From IMG/VR virus record IMGVR_UViG_3300030104_003092: DNA of 64,000 bases, one strand, 5' to 3'. The notes beneath the pieces are model-generated. The model was not told the DNA's origin. It ran no database searches and worked only from the letters and a program-made list of their open reading frames with translations. Within the stretch, counting starts at the first letter, position 1. Each line of letters opens with the position of its first letter. Of the stretch, positions 17,401 to 25,732 are shown piece by piece. The position numbers and the translations under genes are program-made. Origin of the DNA: an uncultured virus (IMG/VR IMGVR_UViG_3300030104_003092). Lineage: Duplodnaviria; Heunggongvirae; Uroviricota; Caudoviricetes.

Positions 17401-20400
17401 CACTTCACCCTCACTACCATAAGATATATCAAACGTTATTACAGGTGATTCAATTACACCTCCAGTCTCTATTAGGGAAGTTGTAAGATTATCATAATCT
17501 TCAGGGTCTAATAGATCTCTTAAAACATCTTCAACACTTTGTAAGTCTTTATTTAATAAATCAGCTCCGAAAGAATCAAAAGGGTTTTGTTTACTATCTA
17601 AAAAATTTAAAGTAACAGTCTCACCCTCATCAACAACATTTCTTACATCAAAGTTTTGAGCAACAACCTCCTTCTTAATTACGTTACCAGTTCCTAGCTT
17701 CTTACCATATAGATAATTAACCTTAACCTCAGGGTCTAACAAATTAAATACGTTTAGTAAAAGATCTAATGACATTGTATTATACCCTATGTTATTTAGT
17801 TCTTCCAAAAACCCTACAGAAGATATTTCATCTCCTATTCCAGGAATGTTAGACTTTCTAAGTAACTCAACCCACTTTTTAGGTGTTAATATTTTATTAG
17901 CATCATTAGTAAACCTAATGTTATTTATAGCTTGACGAACATTAGATGTGTATACTATTTCTGGTCCAGGTCTTTTAATAGAAAATTTAATTCTACCACT
18001 TTCATCTTTTTCAACCTCGCTATAGTTTTGTTTAAATATACTTTTAACTTGAGTGTCAGGATCAAATACAGCTATGTTTTTATACTCAGCTTCATTATAC
18101 TCCTCACTAATAAAATAAGAGTCAAACCCTAATTCTTTTATAAGGTGAGCAAACTGTTCTATAGAAGCGTAATTATGAACGTTTTGAACTTTAAAATTAA
18201 ACTCATCTATTTTATTTCTAGTTTCAATATCTTCTAAGTCAAAACCTTCATCGACTAAATACTCTGTATAAGCATTAGTTATTATATCAACGTGATCTAA
18301 ATTTTCATAATCAAAAGGGTTGTCTGATTTTATATATACAGGTATAACATTATATCCACGTTTTTCATTAGCATTCGTATTGCTAGAATTGTACTCACCC
18401 CCTGCAAATAAGTTTGCAAAATCTGAATTAGGAGTAAAGAAAATACCCTTAGCATTATCTAATCTATTTCTACCAAATGATTCAAATTCAAACTTAGTAC
18501 CATGATACATAACTCTAGGGTCTCCATCACTGTCAACTATCTTAGAATTACCAAACCACTCATTAAAAGAATCAGTTCCAACTGGTGCTATGCCATTATA
18601 CTTAGATTGACTAGATAATGAGAACCTACTATACTGTAGTTCACCACCAGTAAAATCATCTGCAATATCAGGTACTGCAAAACCACCGTACATAAACGTA
18701 GAGTAAGCATTGTCTACTGTTTTTTCTGATAGTTTTACTGGTCTTCTACCCTCTTTCAATGCTCTCTCCATTTCTGTATTAGAAGAGTAATCAGGGAATA
18801 CATCCACTATACTAGCGAACTTATTAAACATTCTAAAGTTAGAACCTTTTATAGCAAATGGGTATCCAGGATGATGACCTACATCACCAGGTTTTGTTTC
18901 TACAATCTCAGAGTTTAAATCTATTTCTATAGCACCCACTAGATCACCTTTCTTAGCTTCAGATAAAACATTGTCACTAACAAAAGATAAAAGATTTTCC
19001 TGTCTTGGTAATCCTAAAGTTTTAAGAAGAGTTTGACCTAAAAGCATTTTCATGATTTTATTTCTACCACCAGTAGGAGTTCCTCTCATATAAGTCATAA
19101 AATCAGATAGACTTCTAAACTTAGAGTCTGGTAACTTTACACCCATAGTATTAAAAATATTAACAACACTAGAGCTACTAACAACATCATTTAATCTCTT
19201 AGTTAAAAATCTTTTACCAATCTTCTTTTTATTTATACCATCTATTAATTCTTTTTCTATGTATTCTATAAAATTTATATTACCTAAAATACCAGTTGGT
19301 GCTTGCACCATAAACACCATAGTTTTTACTCCATTCTTTCTCATGGAATCTAAAACTTCTTGTGCTTTTTCTTTTGTAGTATATGCCCAACCTAAAGCTC
19401 CTTTAAGCATAGGATATAGTATACCACCCATCATTTCATGCTGTATTCCATTCTCACTGGTAATCAAAGAAGCAGTTGACATATCTATTGCTGAAACAGA
19501 TACAAGTTTACCATTAATATCTAGTATAGATTTAACAGGTATATCTTGTTCTGTAAACCCTAATCTTCTACCCTTTTCTGAAATTTTTATACCTCTATAT
19601 GACTCTACATCATCAGGCATATCTAATTCCTCAGTAACTACAATATCACCATTCTCAGACATACCCTGTGAGGCTTTATCAGTTTCTAAAGAGAACTTTG
19701 ACTCAGCAGCAGTTTTACCAAAAACAATATCTTTACCTCCTACGTTTATATTCTTACCATCAACGACAGCTCTTTTAAATGCTGATCTCATTTCAACACC
19801 ATCCATGTCAGCTAAAGTTAACATGTCTAAGTCTTTACCTCCACGATTTAACTTACTCATTAATTTATTAAACCTGTCTTCACCAAGTAAGGCAGTTAAC
19901 ATAGCCTTTATAGCTTCTTTTACTTGACCAATAAAAGACTTATTACCTGCAAATCTTTGAGCTCCAGCATCACCCATCATCTCAGCAAAAGCCTCTTCTA
20001 TGATAGCAGACTCTAACTCGCTATCTTTAAGACCCTGAAGTTTAAAAATATCTTTATAAGTTTCTTTCGCCCATTCGTAGTAAGTTTTACTCTCGTATCT
20101 TTTTCTTTTACCATTAAAGAAACGTTTTTTAACATTAGAGTTTTTTATAGTTTCTTCTATCTTCTTGTAAGCCTCTTTACCTTCTTTTGTTTTCTTTAAT
20201 GTTGACACTATAGGATGAACTATCTCATGAAACATTGTATTTAAACTAAGGGCAGAAGCGTTTACATATATTTTACCATCTCTTGCATATACTGCTTTAC
20301 CTTGTGCTGCAGCTATTTCTGCAGTTATACCGCTACCTAAATCAACATTATTTTGTATTAAGTGATTTTTAAAAGTTTCAGAGTTTCTAGCTATAACTAT

Positions 20401-23400
20401 AGACATCGAACCACTTACTGAATTAAGAATGTTAACCATGGTTCCCAATATATTTTGAACAGTATCAGGAAAATCTTTAATGTAGTCGTTAAGCTGATCA
20501 ATATTTTCAGAGTTAAACTCTTGAGCAAAAGACTTATCACCTGTCTTTCGTATACCTATGTACTTAACCTCACCCTTAGCATTTTTAATAGCTATAACAC
20601 CACCCTCACGAAGAGATTTAACACCTCTAGTTCTAGCAGCATCTTGAGTGCTACCATCAGAGTAAAGTATACCACTCTTGCTAGAGTAGGTGTATTGCTG
20701 ATTAAAGTCTCTAGTTAGTTTTAAAGCTTGATCCTTAGATATTCCAGTGACTATATATGATTCTTTTCTAGCACCATCCTGACTACTTACAACTTTCTTA
20801 AAGTTAGCACCTAAACGTTGTAATCTTCTTTTAAGGTTTGCAAGTTGATTAGCGTCAGTCTCTGCACCAGAATTTTTACTACCTACAGTAAGAACGTAGT
20901 AACCACCTTCAGCCTGCAACTCTTCATTAGTAACTGTTTCTATTTCACCTTCAGGAACGTTGTTAAATATTTTATTATTATTGATTTGATTTGCGTCACC
21001 ATCCTTAGACTTAGACATGGCTTTTCTATTAGCTTTACCATTATCAAATATAGTTTTAGCCTGCTGATAAGTTAAGTTAGCTACATCAACAGATCCTTTT
21101 TGCTGTTCTACACCTTTTACTATTACTGTTGGTCTACTTTGACCAATAGGTAGGTAATTATATAAAGCTTCTGTAAATCTAGACTTACCCCAAAACTCTT
21201 CTATTTGCTCTAGTGTAGGTTCTAATACACCATCTTTCCAGTTGGTGCTTCTGTCTGAATTAAACCTCTGAAGCATTCTATTTAAAAGACTCATATCACT
21301 ATCACTAGGGACATAAGTATCTGCATCAAAATTATCGACTACATTAGTGTTAACCTCAGAGTTTTTAAATTTATTTGGTGAGTCTATAACTATATCTGTA
21401 CCAGTTACTCCACCTCTTCTAAAAGACAAACCTTCATAGTTATCAGTAAACTTAAAGTTTTTAATTCTTATACCCTTCTTCTCAAGTGATTTTTTAAATT
21501 GATTTAAGTTCTTAGAAGAGTTATCTATTTTAGATAAAAAAGGATTTTCTTTTACCTGGTTTTGTAATCGTTCTAATCTAAATTGAACTTCGTTGACAAT
21601 ATTACTTATAGCACTACCAGATACATCTTTATTAGTATCTAAATCTTCTAGCTTAGATAAGGACTCTTGAAGTTTTTTCTCTGCTTTGTGAAAGTTTTTT
21701 AAAGCTTTCTTACCATCATTACTAGCTAAACCATTTTCCAACTCATAAAGAGTTTCTTGAAACTCAGGATTCATAGAGGCATCTATACTGACATCTTTAT
21801 TAAGGAACTTCTTAAGATTGTTTTTGTCTCTTATAAAAGAATGTACACTCCTGTTATTCATCTCTGTTGTTTCACCAGTTATGTTGTCTGTTACTGTGTA
21901 CTTAAAGTTCTCATTAATACCCTTTGTGGTAATCATATTATAACCAGTTGCTACAATAGCTTTACCACCACCTGCAGCACCCATCATACCAAACATACCA
22001 ACACCAGCTAGATAAGCATCACCTATTCTTGTACTTATTTCGTAAATACCTTCAGCAGTTGGAACGCCAGTAATCATATCTGTAGTTATGTTAGCAGCCT
22101 CAGTTAAACCTTCAGACACACCCTCTGCATTAGCAAGTTTAGCTATTTGTATAAATGCAGACTTAGTAATTTCTTTAGTAACTTCTTCTTTACCTTTCTT
22201 TGCTAATATGGCTTTAGGTATTAATTTAACAGCATCACTTAAACCATCTAACAAGTCAAGGGTTTTCTTTTCAAAAAATACTTCTACAAAACCACTTGCA
22301 GCAGCGTTAAATAAAATAGCTGTGTCACTTAACCCACCCTTTACATTTCTAGCACTAAGCTCTTCTAATTCGTTTTTAGTTGTACCGTAAGCAGAGGCAC
22401 CCATAACACCAGCAGAAGTCCATTTTGCAATACTCTTTCTTCTTTTAGCACCTGCTATGGATTGGTATCTTTTAGATACACCCTTAGTTAAACCTTTACT
22501 TTTTTTAAGTATTTTTTTACCAACAAACTTACCTCCAGGAATCCTACCAATAGTAGCACTTATACCTAACATTTGTATCATCTGAGGTGCAGACTCAAGA
22601 ACACTTGACACTAACTGAATACCAGCATCTGAAACATTTCCGTTAAGTGCTGAGTTTAAAACACCAGGATATTGGTAAACATATTTTCTTTTTTCAGATT
22701 CTTTTACAACTTGAAACATTGGGTTAGAGGCTGGTCCACCTTCCTTCATATACTCGCTATAATTACCTGAAGCAGCCATTAAAGGAAACTCTACTGCGTC
22801 TGCTTGACCAGCAAAAGATCTAACACCACCTCTTATAAAAGAATCAAACCATTCACCAAAAACACCATCATAATCTTTTTGAGTTTTCTTAAGGTTCATT
22901 AAATCAATACCAGCGTCTTCTTCTGCAAAAGAATCAGATATTTTTACATCGTTAACACCAGTTTTTAATCCTTCATTAAAAGACAAACCCTCTTCATTCT
23001 CAGGGTCTTTTATTAAAGCATCATAAGCCTCAGCAAATGTCGCATCTTTATATTCACCACCATCTGTTTTTATCTGAACATTAGAAGATCTTACATAACC
23101 CCAGTTTAGTTCATTTTTTTCAGCAAGTTCATCATACATATCTATACCACCGTCCTTTTCTTTAACGGTTTGCAATATGCTCTCATAAAGATCTGTGTGG
23201 TAATCAGTTGTTGCTTTTACGGATTGTTCATCAGTTCCTTTAAGTTTGTCATTAATATCATTTATTTGAGACTCCAACTCCATCACCTGACCTCTAAGTG
23301 AAAAGTTTTGAGCCAAATAAAATTCAGGAGTACCTTCTTCTTTAGATCTTCTTGCGTAGGTAATTAAATTAGGTAACTCCTCACCCTCAAGCTCATCTTT

Positions 23401-24108
23401 AATCATAATATCAAAAAAAGATGATAAAGGATTAAAATTTTGTTTTAAGTAAGCTTCTCTTCTTTCATCAATTTCATCTGCACTTATCTTATCCTTTCTT
23501 ACAAAGGTTCCGCCTTCTTCTTCGTATTGATAAAAATCTCCTTCAAAAAGTCTTATGTTTTGTCTAGCAAGAACATTATCAAACATTTGACTTCTTAACT
23601 CTTTTCTTTGATTTTCTAAATCTCCTCTCTTATTTAGATTAGTTTTTCTTGGACCATAATCAACACCTTCTTTATTAAAATACTGAGACATTACAGATTC
23701 TCTCTGCTCAAAAGTATTGTTTGATAAATCAATTGGTTCTGTTGGTTCTTGTTCTTGGGTCTTACCCTCTCTTTTAGATATAGAGTTATCTAAGAATTCT
23801 TGATCCGATGAAATAGGCTCTTCCAAAGAGTCGGAAGGTGTATCCTGAGAAATCCCCTGTATCGAGTTGCTCCATATGGTCGACTCTTTTTTTTTTACTT
23901 CTTCACCTTCTGGTTGTTCTGATGCAGCTCCCATAAGTGAAGCAAAATCTCCTACACTTTTAGTGTAACCATCATTTTTAAATAAACCATATGAGTGAGC
24001 TAACGCTTCAGGATTTGAAGACATTAATATTTTAAACTCATCTATACTTTTAGTGTATCCGTCATTTTTAAACAACTCAAATGCACGTTGAATAGCTTGT
24101 TCGTTCAT
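11485..24108 (-). CDS. Giant polyvalent virion/ejection protein (4207 aa) with HExxH metallopeptidase, DUF3293-like and ADP-ribosyltransferase-like domains
   Basis: HEIVH (aa 1294) plus EEAFAE (aa 1371); YHGT (aa 1868)..GIFFT..VYIKSDNP..IAVFDPDTQVKS; HFP..REIQSD domain; last gene of the virion block. Confidence 0.85.
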   Translation of the reverse strand: MNEQAIQRAFELFKNDGYTKSIDEFKILMSSNPEALAHSYGLFKNDGYTKSVGDFASLMGAASEQPEGEEVKKKESTIWSNSIQGISQDTPSDSLEEPISSDQEFLDNSISKREGKTQEQEPTEPIDLSNNTFEQRESVMSQYFNKEGVDYGPRKTNLNKRGDLENQRKELRSQMFDNVLARQNIRLFEGDFYQYEEEGGTFVRKDKISADEIDERREAYLKQNFNPLSSFFDIMIKDELEGEELPNLITYARRSKEEGTPEFYLAQNFSLRGQVMELESQINDINDKLKGTDEQSVKATTDYHTDLYESILQTVKEKDGGIDMYDELAEKNELNWGYVRSSNVQIKTDGGEYKDATFAEAYDALIKDPENEEGLSFNEGLKTGVNDVKISDSFAEEDAGIDLMNLKKTQKDYDGVFGEWFDSFIRGGVRSFAGQADAVEFPLMAASGNYSEYMKEGGPASNPMFQVVKESEKRKYVYQYPGVLNSALNGNVSDAGIQLVSSVLESAPQMIQMLGISATIGRIPGGKFVGKKILKKSKGLTKGVSKRYQSIAGAKRRKSIAKWTSAGVMGASAYGTTKNELEELSARNVKGGLSDTAILFNAAASGFVEVFFEKKTLDLLDGLSDAVKLIPKAILAKKGKEEVTKEITKSAFIQIAKLANAEGVSEGLTEAANITTDMITGVPTAEGIYEISTRIGDAYLAGVGMFGMMGAAGGGKAIVATGYNMITTKGINENFKYTVTDNITGETTEMNNRSVHSFIRDKNNLKKFLNKDVSIDASMNPEFQETLYELENGLASNDGKKALKNFHKAEKKLQESLSKLEDLDTNKDVSGSAISNIVNEVQFRLERLQNQVKENPFLSKIDNSSKNLNQFKKSLEKKGIRIKNFKFTDNYEGLSFRRGGVTGTDIVIDSPNKFKNSEVNTNVVDNFDADTYVPSDSDMSLLNRMLQRFNSDRSTNWKDGVLEPTLEQIEEFWGKSRFTEALYNYLPIGQSRPTVIVKGVEQQKGSVDVANLTYQQAKTIFDNGKANRKAMSKSKDGDANQINNNKIFNNVPEGEIETVTNEELQAEGGYYVLTVGSKNSGAETDANQLANLKRRLQRLGANFKKVVSSQDGARKESYIVTGISKDQALKLTRDFNQQYTYSSKSGILYSDGSTQDAARTRGVKSLREGGVIAIKNAKGEVKYIGIRKTGDKSFAQEFNSENIDQLNDYIKDFPDTVQNILGTMVNILNSVSGSMSIVIARNSETFKNHLIQNNVDLGSGITAEIAAAQGKAVYARDGKIYVNASALSLNTMFHEIVHPIVSTLKKTKEGKEAYKKIEETIKNSNVKKRFFNGKRKRYESKTYYEWAKETYKDIFKLQGLKDSELESAIIEEAFAEMMGDAGAQRFAGNKSFIGQVKEAIKAMLTALLGEDRFNKLMSKLNRGGKDLDMLTLADMDGVEMRSAFKRAVVDGKNINVGGKDIVFGKTAAESKFSLETDKASQGMSENGDIVVTEELDMPDDVESYRGIKISEKGRRLGFTEQDIPVKSILDINGKLVSVSAIDMSTASLITSENGIQHEMMGGILYPMLKGALGWAYTTKEKAQEVLDSMRKNGVKTMVFMVQAPTGILGNINFIEYIEKELIDGINKKKIGKRFLTKRLNDVVSSSSVVNIFNTMGVKLPDSKFRSLSDFMTYMRGTPTGGRNKIMKMLLGQTLLKTLGLPRQENLLSFVSDNVLSEAKKGDLVGAIEIDLNSEIVETKPGDVGHHPGYPFAIKGSNFRMFNKFASIVDVFPDYSSNTEMERALKEGRRPVKLSEKTVDNAYSTFMYGGFAVPDIADDFTGGELQYSRFSLSSQSKYNGIAPVGTDSFNEWFGNSKIVDSDGDPRVMYHGTKFEFESFGRNRLDNAKGIFFTPNSDFANLFAGGEYNSSNTNANEKRGYNVIPVYIKSDNPFDYENLDHVDIITNAYTEYLVDEGFDLEDIETRNKIDEFNFKVQNVHNYASIEQFAHLIKELGFDSYFISEEYNEAEYKNIAVFDPDTQVKSIFKQNYSEVEKDESGRIKFSIKRPGPEIVYTSNVRQAINNIRFTNDANKILTPKKWVELLRKSNIPGIGDEISSVGFLEELNNIGYNTMSLDLLLNVFNLLDPEVKVNYLYGKKLGTGNVIKKEVVAQNFDVRNVVDEGETVTLNFLDSKQNPFDSFGADLLNKDLQSVEDVLRDLLDPEDYDNLTTSLIETGGVIESPVITFDISYGSEGEVQTITTSVIELMSRLSKNNSYSTGIGKLCNTLARHHLYVNKGDDRYLPDAMIEEYIYKYFGAQVTKTEDFQQYKNVQGRRNMVIRNLNDLTRYFLPNSEHEAYGMGKIPQSENYREVVLQYKNPPNKLSIPVSDSHFPNFKPVLGWARIDDRTTDDGSKVMFIREIQSDWQQNITKEEKRVFDKMVAEWEKVNLMSSVGITEGDLIGPTTKPPKRSDVNVQTRIKQSQLDKSVDADPDLYTALPWSTVSKSNGLLIRTLLKMAAEEGYDYITFPDTDTVIELQNWSRNDKSRKRASIYETTLPSIALSQIDRLSDVPSKVDVINLSESTNDGMVPATNLNVKPRAPKKPYKIKKGTRLTAENIKDIEFDSNISQVLMKQGAVDVTISSIMSIKAMDSGLFDLDIEGITNYNSILQSSSNIDQFKDNIKIVNDNIKRAIEDSNKVIVNDNPYEFAANRLFDLIQIAYNPSVQIKDESRFSNTIASLVDYIVTSDPVRMRELLDKEVSYKEDKVYYESEVINLARQIVDALVAQDTFPSFKSEARSELSSRSGISRSGIGGIFSFNNHPNETNRFGIDNLVEIYRLVDNIKRSRIMGRMEQFIDEAKLGFTLGVNQNRILEFRADIGSRADLNETIIKFKDKVLEKYFRDYSVTSPGETRTVREVVSMDSNVYIPPSESLIDFTKDHIQKIDDYVKAMDGAKMFAPRGLKSIPVKPFAEKLNENKGVVKFSLNSSGKVVINPDQVKALDNSYINIEDEYDYVNINDGVATMFGYAQEGNGIVNPAVEPVGGYAKSKLMDWARPRLQFSLNQDDESNLNTEGVKNKSLFPIDRLYPLNIDPLDITSMADYNIGKFKSEGTRNLATLNFDTDDATAVSTSMFKIKSLIDDSENGDNTNVMNMSETDTGLSIQINYGVGNQEVSDIINENCSDVTIEEVDANTINYNKQEEMAKIAESAGFQGFLYDQDGELMSSVWAPVQVNPTSRFSLQDNNNKTVYVSDAFGFLFDMKASFINADYELGRHLTGLRYYGSRIKLGQDQKGNTLSELDPKSKLYDSSRKYDIRASKLIFKPQGTHSRKDIKDLMIYAKGGLNLALYNANENARALKKFVDKVITEIKETQEYKDATAEEKKNMINERVGHNKIQNLLTSKEARLEEELKGNKELLNIINVMVNHIEQLGAILIEEGLVDGPLAAAIDANRGIYLHRKYKLYGKKAYSPTEDVRNRAILFIVSELKGKKANEGKSDSELYDMAEKKVDLILRRESGSLDFLSQGFGKVITADTSIFKSRNENLPEEIRNLLGEVNDPYNNYITTVGKIAQTIASDRLYEDLLSIGLGDFISAPMEGDASLPEGESQRFSGNQLKGRKWGALEGYFVDNEMYSVLNSFDESVMSAQNSGTLRGYLMLSLLGKKFKTIYSLGTHGRNVVGNSSFVFMAGHVPLNGKMYNEALDVIKFVKDEFMGNEKDAKMDAIYKRLVDLGVVNTNAFLQEINAIMNQLDMADFDFMDYYNESDDAEGFKALAKDKVLSLDKILTKAYQAEDDVFKFFGWMVEKNRYMRAGFPEALAERQAARNIRNIYPNYDEIPAFIASIGKFPLVGTFVAFQAETWRCAKNSIVLAKEEMESNNPELKKLGSKRMASTFASLALTETLQVGLAMLGYNGAVALMRAFSDDDDEEFDMTLKNRDDFQLNKHIERILAEWDRNGHNIQTGTGTIVDMNPKSPFYRREVPYIDYVNMSKMSGTGFIRDTFRVIYKGLRDPEGFESFTRVVKQIYEPFLSIDMTTDALLEVLQNENGRIFNETDSYPVMFLKGIAYVGQKIGPSTLNQIVKIGETAVKTDTNRSVSVELLAMMGLRNTRLLPYTSAKFDYTDTYGKMKKLTRGEENIVDRVTTPFVNREKFSLSNESETKRRYTDQEDYFYDSKFESYHKDMVKITKGLIMSGGKGGDILEIMTGANVKMPSWLANDIYMRASQELAN

Positions 24109-24128
24109 CTCTTTAACTATTATTTTTT

Positions 24129-25730
24129 TTAATAATCTGCCGCAGTTCCAGTTGCTTTTTGTTCAGCAGCACCACCAGCTTGTAAATATATGTAGTATCC
24201 TGTACTTGGAGCTTTCTTAGTAGTTCCAGAATAAATACCAGTAACAGAACTGGTTATATCTTTAAGTCTTACAACAACTCTTCTATTAGAACCTTCAAAT
24301 TTAACTATAGCAATAGGGGATCCATTTCTATCTAAAGAAACTTGTGTAACCTTACCTTTTGCTGAAGAATTTTTAAGTTTATCCAAAATCTCGTTATATT
24401 CTTCTTCTAACTTAGGAGTAAGAGTTCCTTTTGCTTTCATCTCTTTATATCTAATATAGTCTCTAGCATTTATATCTCTACTAGTTTGAGCTAATTCATC
24501 ATATAAAACCTCTTGATTAACCTCTCCATCCATTAAATTTACTAAAGATATTTCAACATCTCCACCAGCTTTATCTTGTATATCACTGTTATACTCTATA
24601 CCATTAACAACAGCACTTTTTTGTCTTTCATTATCTGGGAAAACATTTTCATCAAACTGTGTTTTTATATTATCAGGCATAGTAAAGTATTCTGTTCCAG
24701 AAACACCACCTTCATCTGGTGCAGGCTCTTGTCTTTTGTCTGGAGGAATAACCTCTTCTAACCTTTTCTTAGCAAGGTACTCAGCATACTCATTAGATAA
24801 AGCTTCATTAAAGTTTTCATTAACAGTTTCAGCTATACCATCATTGTTAAGATCTAACATAGGTAGTAATTCCTGTTTTTGACTATCAGTAGCTATACCT
24901 ATACTTTTTTCTTCTTGAAAAAATGCATCCATAGAGTTTACCTTTGTTATATTACCTTCCAAATCAACTACCTGAACTACACCATTTAAGTACAAGTTTT
25001 TATATTGTTGATCCGACCAATCTCCATTAGGGTTTACTCTAAGTTTATTAGCAATATCATCTGTGTACCCATCAATTTGCTCGTCTGTAAATTTTACGAG
25101 TTTAACATCACCATCATATTCTTGAGATCTTTCATCTAGTTTACCATTAACATAATCTAAAATAGGTGTGTTAGGAGTTTTTCTTAGAACATTATCCACA
25201 CCAATATCATATAAACCTAAAGCTTCATTAAAGTCAGTACCATCTTTCAAAGCTTGAACAAATTGATTCTCTAAGTTTTCATAAAGAAACATACTATTAT
25301 CATCAAGCATTAAATAAGAGTCTGCTTTGTTTTGAAGTTTTAAATTATTGTGGGTATTTAAAAGGCTACCTCTATTTACAGCAGAGTTTACATCAGCTCT
25401 AAACTGTCTTTGAAGTCTTACAAGTTCTCTGGACTCAGCACTATTAGGATTGTCTCTTATAAGCTCACTATTCTCTGCTGTATAGTCATCTATCTGTTGT
25501 TGTCTTAAAGAAAAGTAATCAGCATATCTTTCAGCACCCTCTATAGATAATTCTTTGTATAAGCTTTTATTACCTTCAGCCCTAGCTTTTTTTCTTTGAT
25601 CAGCTAATTGTTCTCTTCTAATATCAAGCTCCTCTTTTTGTAAAGCAAGAGTTTGCCTAGTAGCCTCCTCTTCTAAAAGGTTTCTATTATTCTTAAGAAT
25701 AGTACCTGTGAAAAATAAACTTTTTGCCAT
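24129..25730 (-). CDS. Putative internal virion/ejection protein
   Basis: Helical N-terminus; lies between tail genes and the giant protein. Confidence 0.6.
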   Translation of the reverse strand: MAKSLFFTGTILKNNRNLLEEEATRQTLALQKEELDIRREQLADQRKKARAEGNKSLYKELSIEGAERYADYFSLRQQQIDDYTAENSELIRDNPNSAESRELVRLQRQFRADVNSAVNRGSLLNTHNNLKLQNKADSYLMLDDNSMFLYENLENQFVQALKDGTDFNEALGLYDIGVDNVLRKTPNTPILDYVNGKLDERSQEYDGDVKLVKFTDEQIDGYTDDIANKLRVNPNGDWSDQQYKNLYLNGVVQVVDLEGNITKVNSMDAFFQEEKSIGIATDSQKQELLPMLDLNNDGIAETVNENFNEALSNEYAEYLAKKRLEEVIPPDKRQEPAPDEGGVSGTEYFTMPDNIKTQFDENVFPDNERQKSAVVNGIEYNSDIQDKAGGDVEISLVNLMDGEVNQEVLYDELAQTSRDINARDYIRYKEMKAKGTLTPKLEEEYNEILDKLKNSSAKGKVTQVSLDRNGSPIAIVKFEGSNRRVVVRLKDITSSVTGIYSGTTKKAPSTGYYIYLQAGGAAEQKATGTAADY

Positions 25731-25732
25731 AA

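Noticed and set aside
17932..22390. Plus-strand ORFs inside the giant gene, and similar antisense ORFs elsewhere (e.g. 3467-3934, 3993-4532, 59526-60644)
   Set aside because: Shadow frames opposite well-supported genes, with no motifs or leaders.
11485..24108. Virion RNA polymerase as in crAss-like phages
   Set aside because: No DxDxD catalytic motif seen (closest is FDLDIE); the domains instead fit a polyvalent protein.
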